The notes below the pieces were generated by a model that had not been told where the DNA came from, searched no databases, and worked only from the letters and a program-made list of their open reading frames with translations. A stretch of 64,000 bases of DNA, taken from the NCBI GenBank assembly GCA_039679675.1, contig JBDKUN010000056.1, forward strand, positions 32,001 to 96,000, read 5' to 3'. Source of the DNA: Armatimonadota bacterium (GTDB lineage Bacteria; Armatimonadota; UBA5829; DTLH01). Numbering within the stretch: the first letter of the stretch is position 1; the number at the start of each line of letters is the position of its first letter. Both the position numbers and the translations under genes were made by a program. This document shows positions 50,688 to 60,343 of this stretch, in pieces.

Positions 50688-52454
50688 GTGAAACGGGCAC
50701 ATAGCAGCACAGAGAAGAAGAAATCTCGGAATAATTGGCGGCTCATACGCCGTACTTTACCGATGTTGAGAGAGCATCGGTGGCGCTTTGTGATAGCCGG
50801 GATATTTACGGCGTTTTCGGCATCGACCGTTCCTATGATGCCGATGTTCACGAGGTACGTGATTGATAACGCCATTCCAAAAAAGAACATCAGGCTGGCT
50901 ATTTACGTTATGGCGTTTTTTGTGGTGCTGATGCTTTTACGGATCATCACTTACTACATAGCGCAATCTCTTCTGCTGTTTGTTCGGGAAAAACTGATCT
51001 TCGATTTGAGGAAACTGGTCTTCACACGTATGCAGGAGCTCTGCCTGCGCTTTCACCAGCGCTATACTCCCGGGTACCTGTATGACCGCACACTGGGCGC
51101 AACCTCGACTTCTGTCGGGATATTCCTTAATGCGTTTTTTCAAATTGTAGTCAACTCAGGCGCCAGTATGGTTATTTCGATCTTATTCTGCTGGCATTTG
51201 AGCCGGTTAATGACGCTCGTCGCGCTGAGTATGAGTATCATTTATGTCTTTATCAGCAAACACTATGGAGCAATTATCTGGTCAATCAGCAGGGAGTTCA
51301 ATGTAGAATCAAACGAGCTTGCCGGAAGACTCACGGACTTGCTCCGCGGCATAAAGACCATCAAGGCATTTACTATGGAGGGCTGGGTGATTGAAGAGTT
51401 TGAAGAACGCACCTGGCCGCTTCAGATGCGGAGCCTGGATGTCAACAAGACTACTTTGAGACTGGGCCTTTCTGTGGAGTCCATCACCTACTTTGTTACC
51501 GCCATCATAACGGTGATGTGTACGCAGTTAGTGATTCAGCACACAATTACGCTTGGAACGATGGTTGCATTTATCGCTTACCAAGCTATGCTTACGGGCT
51601 GTGTTGCCGCATTATCCAATACTGCTGCGACCTATGGCTCAGCCGCAGCAGGTCTTGAGCAATTGTTTGATGTCATAGATGAAAAATCCTCAGTGGCGAT
51701 AAAGCCGGATACAACTATGCCGGATAAGCTGGATGGAAGACTCTCTCTCGATGATGTCCACTTTGCCTACGATGACAAGCCGATAATAGATGGACTGAGC
51801 ATAGATTTTGAGCCGGGGCAATCTGTGGCGATTGTGGGGCCGAGCGGCGGAGGAAAGAGTACGCTTATAAACCTGCTGCTTCGTCTATACGACCCGGAAA
51901 AAGGCTGTATAAGGCTTGACGGGCGCGATATCCGGGACTTGCCGCTTTCGGACTACCGCAGTCTTTTTGGAGTGGTCTTGCAGGACCCGTTTCTGTTCAA
52001 CGATACTATCTATAATAACCTGCTGGCCGTCAAGCCGGATGCAACCCATACGGAAATCCGTGAAGCGTTGGAACGTGCGCATGCGTGGGAATTCGTCAGT
52101 AATCTGGACGGCAATTGGTCTTTCAATGTCGGCGAGAACGGCGGCCAGCTTTCCGGGGGACAGCGCCAGAGGATCGCTATTGCACGCTGCATACTGACAA
52201 ATCCCCGCATGCTCGTGTTTGATGAGGCGACATCCGCACTGGACAACCAGTCGGAAGCCCTCGTACAAAGTGAGATCGAGGAGATAATGCATGACCGGAC
52301 GGTCTTTATAGTGGCTCACCGCCTCAGCACAGTGCGGAGAGTAGACCGAATACTGGTTCTGGAAGATGGAAAACTTGTCCAGGACGGCACCTACGATCAG
52401 CTTGCAAAAGAACCCGGCTTATTCCATGATCTTGACGCTCTGAGCTTGCGGTGA
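50688..52454 (+). CDS. ABC exporter, fused TMD-NBD
   Basis: 6-TM domain, GPSGGGKS, LSGGQRQR, DEATSALD, AHRLST; GTG 50688 likely start. Confidence 0.93.
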   Translation: MKRAHSSTEKKKSRNNWRLIRRTLPMLREHRWRFVIAGIFTAFSASTVPMMPMFTRYVIDNAIPKKNIRLAIYVMAFFVVLMLLRIITYYIAQSLLLFVREKLIFDLRKLVFTRMQELCLRFHQRYTPGYLYDRTLGATSTSVGIFLNAFFQIVVNSGASMVISILFCWHLSRLMTLVALSMSIIYVFISKHYGAIIWSISREFNVESNELAGRLTDLLRGIKTIKAFTMEGWVIEEFEERTWPLQMRSLDVNKTTLRLGLSVESITYFVTAIITVMCTQLVIQHTITLGTMVAFIAYQAMLTGCVAALSNTAATYGSAAAGLEQLFDVIDEKSSVAIKPDTTMPDKLDGRLSLDDVHFAYDDKPIIDGLSIDFEPGQSVAIVGPSGGGKSTLINLLLRLYDPEKGCIRLDGRDIRDLPLSDYRSLFGVVLQDPFLFNDTIYNNLLAVKPDATHTEIREALERAHAWEFVSNLDGNWSFNVGENGGQLSGGQRQRIAIARCILTNPRMLVFDEATSALDNQSEALVQSEIEEIMHDRTVFIVAHRLSTVRRVDRILVLEDGKLVQDGTYDQLAKEPGLFHDLDALSLR

Positions 52455-52503
52455 CCGGGTGTATCTATTCATGATCTTTTGCTAGTTTATCATTATGTAG
52501 GGC

Positions 52504-54696
52504 TCACTCGCTGACCGGCAGGACCTTTAAATGAAGCACATACTCACCCAGACGCGATGTTGTAATCTTTACTTCGGCGTCTCCAGCAAACTCTGCGGAT
52601 TTTACAAAAAGCGCTCCCTGTCCGCCTTGGGTGATAAACGGGTTCGTTCCTATGACGCTGACCGGCCCATTGGTTGTGATAGTAACGATTTCGCTGATAT
52701 AGGGGAGAGGGTTATCATATTTATCCACTATCCTGAATTTCAGCCAGGTCATATCCTGCCCATCAGCGATCAGCTCGTTTGAGTCGAGCCATACATCGAG
52801 GCGCTTTGGCTGGGAATCACTGGCCATCATCTTTTTGATCACGCATTTCCCTGAAATGTATCCTTCAACCGCCAGGTCCTGCCAATATTCGCCCCACAAA
52901 AAACCCAGCCCCCTGATAACGAATGGTGGATGAGGCAGGCCGCCATATTCATCTGAAGACGGGGTAAACTCACCCCTAAGCTCATCTCCAATATATACTT
53001 TAATACTCTCGCAATTGCTGAAAACTACAATCGGATCTACTCCCCCAGCGGCTCTATCGCCAACAGTCCAGCCGGTTGCGATTTCGAGCACTACTTTATC
53101 TTTTGGATCGGCTTGGCTGGAATATCCATAAGCCGCCCATTTAGGAAGCCTGAAGATATCGGATACTCCGTGGTAGCAAATTCTATCCCCCGAACCGAAA
53201 GATGCATGAGTGTTGTAATCAAATGCGCACCAGCCTATAGCACCAGCAATACTGCTGTCCAACGATTGCTTCGATTGAATTTCTGCATGCCGCATTGCAT
53301 GTTCTAATTTGCGGTCTTCGCAGTCCCAGGTCTTCGTCGGGAACATGTGACCCATAAACTCGGAGATCATGTAGGGTATGTAAACCGGAGGATTAGGCGG
53401 ATCTACAAAATCATTATAAGTAAAAACGTCTTCAAGGCACTCGCTATCTCTAATGCAACGTACTCCGCCGGTCTGCCTGGTAGGATCAAGTTTATGGGCG
53501 AGTGCATTGGTCTCGGTATAGAAATCATGATCATCCTGAGACTCGTTGATCCTGACTCCCCATAAAATAATCGATGGGCGGTTTCTGTCTCGCTTAATCA
53601 TTGCAGTTAGGTCAGCTTTAGAGACTTCTTTCCACGCACTGTCCCCGATGTGTTGCCAGCCTGGTAACTCTTCGAATACGAGAAGCCCTATCTCGTCGCA
53701 TCTATCAAGAAAATGAGGTGATTGCGGGCAGTGGGACGTTCGCATCAGATTGAGTGCCAGATCGTATTTCAGAATGTCTGCATCCTGCACTTGAAGCCTT
53801 TTCGGAGCTGCCTGCCCAATAAATGGATAAGCCTGGCTTCTATTTAACCCCCTAAGCTTGAGTGCTTTACCGTTCAGCCTGAATGCTCCATCCTTGCAAA
53901 ACTCAACCTTACGGAAGCCGAACTTGAAACTGTAACTATCCAGCACTTCCTCATCAGCACTGAAAAGTTTAACTTCTACCCGATAAAGATATGGAGATTC
54001 AATCGACCAGAGATTGATATCAGCGAGATCATTAAGAGAAATCAAGCAATCGCCCGCATCTGCTTCGCAAGTCGCAGATGCAATCTCTCTGCCCGAAAGC
54101 TCACTCAAAGAGATGCTTACGGTCTGCCCGGCTGCAGGATTATCGATCGAAATATTCGCAGACAATTTAGGAGAAGTGAGCACATCGACTCCCCACGCGA
54201 AAACATCGCTGATGAAAGACTTGGCGCATACTCTTAAGTAAACATCGCGATAGATGCCGCCGAATGTGAGGTAGTCCACCATGTAACCAAATGGAGGTAT
54301 ATCCGGTCTTTCATTCGAATCGACTTGCACGGCTATAAGTGCTTCAGTTCCCGGTTCTACCAGCCCCGTAAGCTCAACAGAGAATGGAATGTATCCGCCC
54401 TTGTGCTCATCGGCTGCCTTTACACCGTTCACGTAAACGGTGCAGGCAGTCATTACACCATCGAAGTCAAGAAAGACCCTTTTATCTACTGCTCGGAGAG
54501 GCACTGCTACCTTTTTCCTATACCAGGAAACAATCTGGTATTCCTTATCATCGAACCCGTTATGAGGAAAGAGTTTGTTCGTATGAGGAAGACAGATTTT
54601 CTCCCATGTCTTGTCGTCAAACTCGACCTTTTCACTTCCACTTATATCATCGGGGCGATAGCGCCATCCGCGGTTAATATTTTCTCGCCAAGCCAA
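52504..54696 (-). CDS. Glycoside hydrolase family 2 (beta-galactosidase-like)
   Basis: FDGVM, GGIYRDV, RTSHCP, RDRNRPSIILWGVRINE, ISEF. Confidence 0.93.
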   Translation of the reverse strand: MAWRENINRGWRYRPDDISGSEKVEFDDKTWEKICLPHTNKLFPHNGFDDKEYQIVSWYRKKVAVPLRAVDKRVFLDFDGVMTACTVYVNGVKAADEHKGGYIPFSVELTGLVEPGTEALIAVQVDSNERPDIPPFGYMVDYLTFGGIYRDVYLRVCAKSFISDVFAWGVDVLTSPKLSANISIDNPAAGQTVSISLSELSGREIASATCEADAGDCLISLNDLADINLWSIESPYLYRVEVKLFSADEEVLDSYSFKFGFRKVEFCKDGAFRLNGKALKLRGLNRSQAYPFIGQAAPKRLQVQDADILKYDLALNLMRTSHCPQSPHFLDRCDEIGLLVFEELPGWQHIGDSAWKEVSKADLTAMIKRDRNRPSIILWGVRINESQDDHDFYTETNALAHKLDPTRQTGGVRCIRDSECLEDVFTYNDFVDPPNPPVYIPYMISEFMGHMFPTKTWDCEDRKLEHAMRHAEIQSKQSLDSSIAGAIGWCAFDYNTHASFGSGDRICYHGVSDIFRLPKWAAYGYSSQADPKDKVVLEIATGWTVGDRAAGGVDPIVVFSNCESIKVYIGDELRGEFTPSSDEYGGLPHPPFVIRGLGFLWGEYWQDLAVEGYISGKCVIKKMMASDSQPKRLDVWLDSNELIADGQDMTWLKFRIVDKYDNPLPYISEIVTITTNGPVSVIGTNPFITQGGQGALFVKSAEFAGDAEVKITTSRLGEYVLHLKVLPVSE

Positions 54697-55251
54697 TCGT
54701 TTACTCCTGTTACCCGTATGTATAATGCCCCGGTTGTCTGGACACGGTTTTGCATTACGCCGCTATTGGTTGTAAACGCTCATTTTCGTAGCGCTGCCGG
54801 GCTTCAAACGGTGTCATGAAGCCCGGCTTTCAAATTGTCTCAGAACTCTAGCACAGCCCGCCTGACCTCGTCAAGATATTTGAAGACTCTGCCGTAAATA
54901 ACCTACGCTTTTAAAGCGGTGTGCACTTTTTGCACCGAAAAAGATGCAGGAAGATTCGTGGCAGATGTGGAAAGGGTACATGTTCGGTAGATGTGGTGGC
55001 CTATGAGGCTGCGACTCGGCGCTTGGGATGAGGAGATGCGGGACTATCCTCTTGGCGGAAGCCTCCCCCGACTCTCCATCGTTTGAGGCGTCGAAGATCA
55101 GTATCAAGAGAGGGCCCATTTTGGGCCTGCGGGCTAGACCACGAGCCCCATCTCCTCTTAAAGATGGGACGCCGGATGTGAGCCGGGCCCGGGAGACGTT
55201 CGGGGTAACTTCGAGTCTTTCGCGCCGGGCTCTTTATTGTACCAGACCCTT

Positions 55252-56229
55252 ATGGAATCCCGAATAGAGATAATTACAGTTGAAGACGGAGCAGGCGAAC
55301 GCATCGATGCGTTCATAGCCGCAAGAATACCGGGGCTCACCCGGTCTGCGGTCGGCCGTCTCATAGATGAAGAACTGGTTACTATCGGCGGCGTGCTGGT
55401 AAAGGCCAAGCACAAGGTCAAAACAGGCGATGAGATAACTGTAGAAATCCCGCCGCCCGCGCCGACGGACATCAAGGCGGAGAAAATCCCGCTTGATGTG
55501 GTCTACGAGGACTCCGACATTATCGTCGTGAACAAACCCAAGGGTATGACGACCCACCCAGCCCCAGGTTCTCCCGCAGGAACGCTCGTCAACGCGCTCC
55601 TTGCCCGCGATACCGGTCTTTCGGCTGTCGGCGGAGTCCAGCGCCCCGGAATAGTCCACCGGCTGGACAAGGACACATCCGGTCTGATAGTCGTTGCAAA
55701 AAACGATGCAGCTCATGTGAGCCTTCAGTTCCAGATTCAGAAAAAAACGGCGGCCAGGAGATATATCGCGCTAGTCTGGGGCGACACGAAGTTCGAAAAG
55801 GCGGTAGTAGACGCGCCTATAGGACGCCATCCGAGTGATAGAAAGAAGATGGCGGTCGTCACGAACGGCCAGGCAAGACCTGCTGTGACGGACCTCAGGG
55901 TGATGGAACGGCTTTCCGGGTTTACTCTTCTTGAAGCCTCGCTTCGGACCGGAAGGACGCACCAGATAAGGGTCCACTGCGCGTATATCGGCCACCCCGT
56001 GGTGGGCGACTCCGTCTACTGCGGCAGAAGACATTCTCCCAGCAGGTTCGGGCCAAAAGGCAGGCTGGAATTCGAAAAATTGGTCGAAGCGCTTAAGGGG
56101 CAGGCGCTCCATGCATACAAGCTTTCGTTCAGCCACCCGCGCACCGGGGAACTTATGTCGTTCGAGACCCCTATCCCTAAAGATATGGCCGTGCTGATCG
56201 ACTGGCTGAGAGCGCGGACTGGAACATAA
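55252..56229 (+). CDS. rluD: RluA-family 23S rRNA pseudouridine synthase (RluD-like)
   Basis: S4 domain, NKPKG, HRLDKDTSG, TGRTHQIRVH, QALHA. Confidence 0.9.
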   Translation: MESRIEIITVEDGAGERIDAFIAARIPGLTRSAVGRLIDEELVTIGGVLVKAKHKVKTGDEITVEIPPPAPTDIKAEKIPLDVVYEDSDIIVVNKPKGMTTHPAPGSPAGTLVNALLARDTGLSAVGGVQRPGIVHRLDKDTSGLIVVAKNDAAHVSLQFQIQKKTAARRYIALVWGDTKFEKAVVDAPIGRHPSDRKKMAVVTNGQARPAVTDLRVMERLSGFTLLEASLRTGRTHQIRVHCAYIGHPVVGDSVYCGRRHSPSRFGPKGRLEFEKLVEALKGQALHAYKLSFSHPRTGELMSFETPIPKDMAVLIDWLRARTGT

Positions 56230-56350
56230 ATAGGATGTCATTCTGACTTTGATTCAGGGCCCATTTTTCTCTTGACACGTACGCCAAGCTCAACTAGCAT
56301 GAACTGGCAGGTGCTTGTTCAAAAGTGTTTTCCTGTGAGGGATTCCCACT

Positions 56351-56695
56351 ATGGCTCGAAAAAAAAGCCCCGCTCCCGGAGAGCGGCGTAGAAGGCGAAA
56401 ATCAACGGTTTTGCAGAAGGTGATTTGCTGTGTTTTAGCCGCAGCAACCGTCTTTTGCGCGTTTATCGTCATCCGTCAGGCAGTCCGTCCCATAACTCTT
56501 CTCTGTAAAGGCAAATCTGAGGTCCGCCAGATGGAGACCCAGTATGCTAAGGATAAGGCCGAAAACGCAGCACTTCTCAAGAAACGCCGCTACCTGCTCA
56601 CTCCGTCAGGCTCCGAAGCGGAAGCCCGCAAGCTCGGATACGTCCGTCCCGGCGAAGTTTCCGTAATAATAGAAGACAAAAAGGCTCCAAAATAG
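56351..56695 (+). CDS. Septum formation initiator family (FtsB/DivIC-like)
   Basis: Basic N-terminus, TM, coiled coil, EAEARKLGYVRPGE; TTGACA-N17-TAGCAT upstream. Confidence 0.75.
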   Translation: MARKKSPAPGERRRRRKSTVLQKVICCVLAAATVFCAFIVIRQAVRPITLLCKGKSEVRQMETQYAKDKAENAALLKKRRYLLTPSGSEAEARKLGYVRPGEVSVIIEDKKAPK

Positions 56696-56846
56696 CCTGC
56701 CGCCTCTGCTCTGCCTTGCATTTAGATATCAGGACCGATATTTTAAACAAATTGAGAAAAATTCACTTGACCTATAGCTCCTGGCGCGCTATATTGATCA
56801 GTAACGCAGGCAAGCGTTTTGTCATCAGGGATGGGAGACTTAAGGA

Positions 56847-57185
56847 GTGTTCGGTTCTGATTGCTCTGATATGTTCTTTACCTGCACGGTCAAGGATGGG
56901 ATGGTGCACGTAAGCGGCGAGGTGGATATGAACACAGCGCCTACGCTTTACGATGCCCTGGTCGTATGCGCGAAAGATACCGGATGCCTGCCCACTATAG
57001 ATCTCGGCGGTGTGACCTACTTCGATTCTTCTGGCGTTCAAGCCCTTGTCGATGCAAGAGTAATTGAAACAAACAGTAATGGTCCGGCGCGTATAGTGGG
57101 TGTCCGTCCTAATGTCATGCGCATAATGCGGCTCGTAGGTCTGGACCAGTTGTTCGACATCATTGGAGAGAACGAAAAGCTGTGA
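56847..57185 (+). CDS. STAS-domain anti-sigma factor antagonist
   Basis: SGEVDMNTAP, DLGGVTYFDSSG, LVGLDQLF. Confidence 0.88.
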   Translation: MFGSDCSDMFFTCTVKDGMVHVSGEVDMNTAPTLYDALVVCAKDTGCLPTIDLGGVTYFDSSGVQALVDARVIETNSNGPARIVGVRPNVMRIMRLVGLDQLFDIIGENEKL

Positions 57186-57203
57186 TCTCTCGCGGGTTGT
57201 AAT

Positions 57204-57770
57204 ATGAATGAAAAGACTGAGCGGGAGAAGATGCTTTCCGGGGAGCTGTACAACGCGAATGACCCGGAGCTTACCTCGGCCCGACGCAGGGCCAGAAGCC
57301 TGTACCGGCGGTTCAATGTGACCGATGGCGAAGGTGAGCGGCTTGCCATCCTTCTCGACCTCCTTGGCCGGATGGGCGCAGGCGTTTCGATAAATCCCCC
57401 TTTCTATGTTGACTACGGCTCGAATATTTACCTCGGCGGCCATGTATATATGAACCTTGGCTGCACCATACTTGATTGTGCGGAAGTCAGGATCGGCGAT
57501 AACGTTATGATCGGGCCGAACGTCCAAATCTATGCAGCTACTCACCCGGTTGAGGCTGTTTCCAGAATCGCTGGCCCGGAACTGGCGCGGCCGGTCGCGA
57601 TAGAGGAAAATGTCTGGATCGGCGGCGGGGCGATAATCTGCCCCGGAGTAACAATAGGCAGGAACACCACGATAGGTGCAGGCACTGTAGTGACGAAAAA
57701 CGTCCCGCCAAACGTAGTAGCCGCCGGTAATCCCGCCCGCGTGATCAGAACCCTCGGCGTTATTGCATGA
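57204..57770 (+). CDS. maa: Sugar (maltose/galactoside) O-acetyltransferase
   Basis: EKMLSGELY, PPFYVDYG, hexapeptide repeats, AGNPARV. Confidence 0.9.
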   Translation: MNEKTEREKMLSGELYNANDPELTSARRRARSLYRRFNVTDGEGERLAILLDLLGRMGAGVSINPPFYVDYGSNIYLGGHVYMNLGCTILDCAEVRIGDNVMIGPNVQIYAATHPVEAVSRIAGPELARPVAIEENVWIGGGAIICPGVTIGRNTTIGAGTVVTKNVPPNVVAAGNPARVIRTLGVIA

Positions 57771-57890
57771 TTTTAGGGAACAGAAGGGCTTCTCTGCTCG
57801 TTTTCCATCATTTGATCGAAGTTCTTGAATTCACCTGATGAGTTATAATATATCGATTTAATCAAGTAGTCAGATTGCGAGGAAATTGTT

Positions 57891-58409
57891 TTGGTAAGTG
57901 AAGTTGAAATACGTCCGGCAAAAGAAGAAGACATGGCTGTTATTAACGAAATTTATAACCATGCTGTCAGGACGTCTACGGCGACATTTGAAACAGAAGA
58001 AAAAACCTATGAAGAACGGATGGAATGGTTCAGACGGCATGGCGGCCGTTATCCCGTCTTCGTCACCGTAGTAGATGGTAAGGTAGTCGGGTGGGGGTCT
58101 ATTTCCCCGTATAGTTCCACTCACAACGGCTGGAAGTTTACGGTCGAAAGCTCCATCTACGTCGACCCGAACTGCAAAGGGAGGGGGCTTGGGAAATTGC
58201 TCGCAGGGCACACCGTCAGTACTGCTCAAAAGCTCGGCCACCATGCGATAATTGCACAGGTTGTCGAAGACAATATTGCAAGCCTCAAGATGCTCGAAAG
58301 ACACGGGTTCGAGGCGGTCGGTGTTCTGAAGGACGCCGGTTACAAGTTCGACCAGTGGCTGAACGTAGTCCTGATGGAAAAACTGCTGCCGGTTGAAGAT
58401 AAAGGCTGA
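57891..58409 (+). CDS. GNAT N-acetyltransferase (phosphinothricin/MnaT-like)
   Basis: IYNHAV..TATFE, SIYV..GRGLG, GYKFDQWL. Confidence 0.88.
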   Translation: MVSEVEIRPAKEEDMAVINEIYNHAVRTSTATFETEEKTYEERMEWFRRHGGRYPVFVTVVDGKVVGWGSISPYSSTHNGWKFTVESSIYVDPNCKGRGLGKLLAGHTVSTAQKLGHHAIIAQVVEDNIASLKMLERHGFEAVGVLKDAGYKFDQWLNVVLMEKLLPVEDKG

Positions 58410-58488
58410 TAGCCTGAAGGCTATGGGTAAGGATCTACAGGTAGGTTTTCGGTAGTATAGCTATAAATATGTAAGAGAGGAAAAGCCA

Positions 58489-59799
58489 ATGAAGGAATTC
58501 TTCCCAGCCATACGAAAGATCGAGTTTGAAGGGCCTGATTCAAAGAGCCCGCTCGCATTCAAGCACTATAACGCCGCAGAGATGGTCCTCGGAAAGCCGA
58601 TGTCCGAGCATCTCAGGTTTGCTGCAGCCTACTGGCACACATTTAAAGCAGCCGGTGACGATCCGTTCGGCGAAGGCACGCGAATCAGGCCGTGGAACAG
58701 CTCGACCGACCCTATGGAAGCCGCGGAGACGACGCTCAGGGCGGCGTTCGAGTTTTTCACCAAGCTTGGGGTAGGGTTCTGGTGCTTCCACGACAGGGAC
58801 ATCGCCCCGGAAGCCGATGATCTCGCCGAAACGAACAGGCGGCTGGACAGAGTCGTCGATCTTGCGGAGAAACTGCAGAATGATACCGGCGTCAGGCTCC
58901 TCTGGGGGACCGCGAACGCTTTTACCCGCAGGCGGTTTATGGCCGGAGCCTCCACTAACCCATCGCCTGAAGTCTTTGCCTATGCTGCAGGCCAGGTAAA
59001 GAAGGCGATGGAAGTAACAAAGCGGCTGAACGGCGCTGGATATGTCTTCTGGGGCGGGCGCGAAGGCTATGAGACGCTGCTTAATACGGATATGAAGCGG
59101 GAACTGGAGCACCTCGCTATATTCCTCAGGATGGCCGCAGATTATAAGAAAAAGATCGGGTTTGAGGGGCAGCTATACATCGAACCGAAGCCCAAGGAAC
59201 CGACGAAACATCAGTATGACTTCGATTCCGCCACAGTTTATGGTTTTTTACTGAAAAATGGGCTCGATAAGGATTTCAAGATCAATGTCGAGGCAAACCA
59301 TGCAACACTTGCCGGACATACGTTCCACCATGAGCTTGAATTCTGTGCGGCGAACGGAATACTCGGTTCCGTCGATGCGAACCGGGGCGATGAGCAGCTC
59401 GGCTGGGACACGGACCAGTTCCCCACGAATATCTACGATACGACGCTTGCAATGCACACGATCCTTCGCTGCGGAGGGTTCACCACAGGCGGGCTGAACT
59501 TCGATGCGAAGGTCCGCAGGCAGTCTATAGACCCGGAAGACCTGTTCCATGCCCACATCGGCGCAATGGACGCATTTGCGCGGGGATTGAAAAACGCCGC
59601 GAGGATCATAGAAGATGGTCGGCTCGAGGAAATAGTGAAAGAACGCTACTCCGGCTGGGACGCCGGTATCGGTTCAGAGATCGAGAGCCGCGAGGTAGGG
59701 TTCGAAGAGCTTGAATCCTATACGCTGAAACATGGTGAACCACAAATCCTGAGCGGCCACCAGGAAATGATCGAGAACATACTAAACGAATACGTCTGA
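58489..59799 (+). CDS. xylA: Xylose isomerase (class II)
   Basis: AYWHTF, FHDRD, FWGGREG, IEPKP, EANHA, WDTDQF, NFDAK. Confidence 0.98.
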   Translation: MKEFFPAIRKIEFEGPDSKSPLAFKHYNAAEMVLGKPMSEHLRFAAAYWHTFKAAGDDPFGEGTRIRPWNSSTDPMEAAETTLRAAFEFFTKLGVGFWCFHDRDIAPEADDLAETNRRLDRVVDLAEKLQNDTGVRLLWGTANAFTRRRFMAGASTNPSPEVFAYAAGQVKKAMEVTKRLNGAGYVFWGGREGYETLLNTDMKRELEHLAIFLRMAADYKKKIGFEGQLYIEPKPKEPTKHQYDFDSATVYGFLLKNGLDKDFKINVEANHATLAGHTFHHELEFCAANGILGSVDANRGDEQLGWDTDQFPTNIYDTTLAMHTILRCGGFTTGGLNFDAKVRRQSIDPEDLFHAHIGAMDAFARGLKNAARIIEDGRLEEIVKERYSGWDAGIGSEIESREVGFEELESYTLKHGEPQILSGHQEMIENILNEYV

Positions 59800-59826
59800 C
59801 AGCATATAATATGCCTGCAAATCAAG

Positions 59827-59853
59827 GTTTCAGGTGCGGCCTGCACCTGAAAC
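59827..59853 (+). terminator. Hairpin after xylA, possible terminator
   Basis: GTTTCAGGTGC-N5-GCACCTGAAAC; weak U-tract. Confidence 0.5.
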
Positions 59854-59951
59854 TCCCCTGAATGATTTTAGTATTAGCCCAAAAACTGCAAACAACCACA
59901 AGTAAATCGCCCCGTGTGTTTAGTATAATCAATAAAATAGTAAAATAGTAG

Positions 59952-59980
59952 TTGACAAGCAGTCTTACACATGGTATATA
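59952..59980 (+). promoter_or_regulatory. Sigma70 promoter, copy 1
   Basis: TTGACA-N17-TATATA with extended TG. Confidence 0.75.
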
Positions 59981-60065
59981 GGCATATATGGCATAAACAC
60001 CAGCTACTAATATTTCACTGATACACCCAAACTGCAAAGTATATGATGATATATTGACGCTTAAA

Positions 60066-60083
60066 TATGCAATCGATTGCATA
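60066..60083. promoter_or_regulatory. LacI-family-like operator
   Basis: Perfect 18-bp palindrome TATGCAATCGATTGCATA with central CG. Confidence 0.6.
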
Positions 60084-60093
60084 CATGAAGGTG

Positions 60094-60197
60094 TATAGTG
60101 GTGTCTATGTTCCAGATATTCCGTAAGACGTAGTGGCCGGACGGAATAACAGCCTGAGGTTGACCGTAACCGGTCAATGGAAGAGGCAACCTCAGGT
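60094..60197 (+). ncRNA. Conserved multi-hairpin 5' leader, copy 1
   Basis: Stems TATTCCGT/ACGGAATA and CCTGAGGTTG/CAACCTCAGG; near-identical copy at 62947-63050. Confidence 0.5.
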
Positions 60198-60343
60198 ACA
60201 TTTTGGTATGGATCAGCTTCATACCATGAATATCCCGGCTGTATTACAGCCGGAAGTCTTGCGGAGAGTTGCAGGTGTGAGTCACACCCGTAATTCTTTA
60301 ATTGAAGTATCTTCACGTGTATTAAAAGAGGAGGCGAAAGGAA

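Noticed and set aside
54950..55238. Assignment as lysine riboswitch, SRP RNA, tmRNA, RNase P or a 79-aa CDS
   Set aside because: Hallmark motifs absent and the ORF has no features; kept only as an unassigned structured RNA
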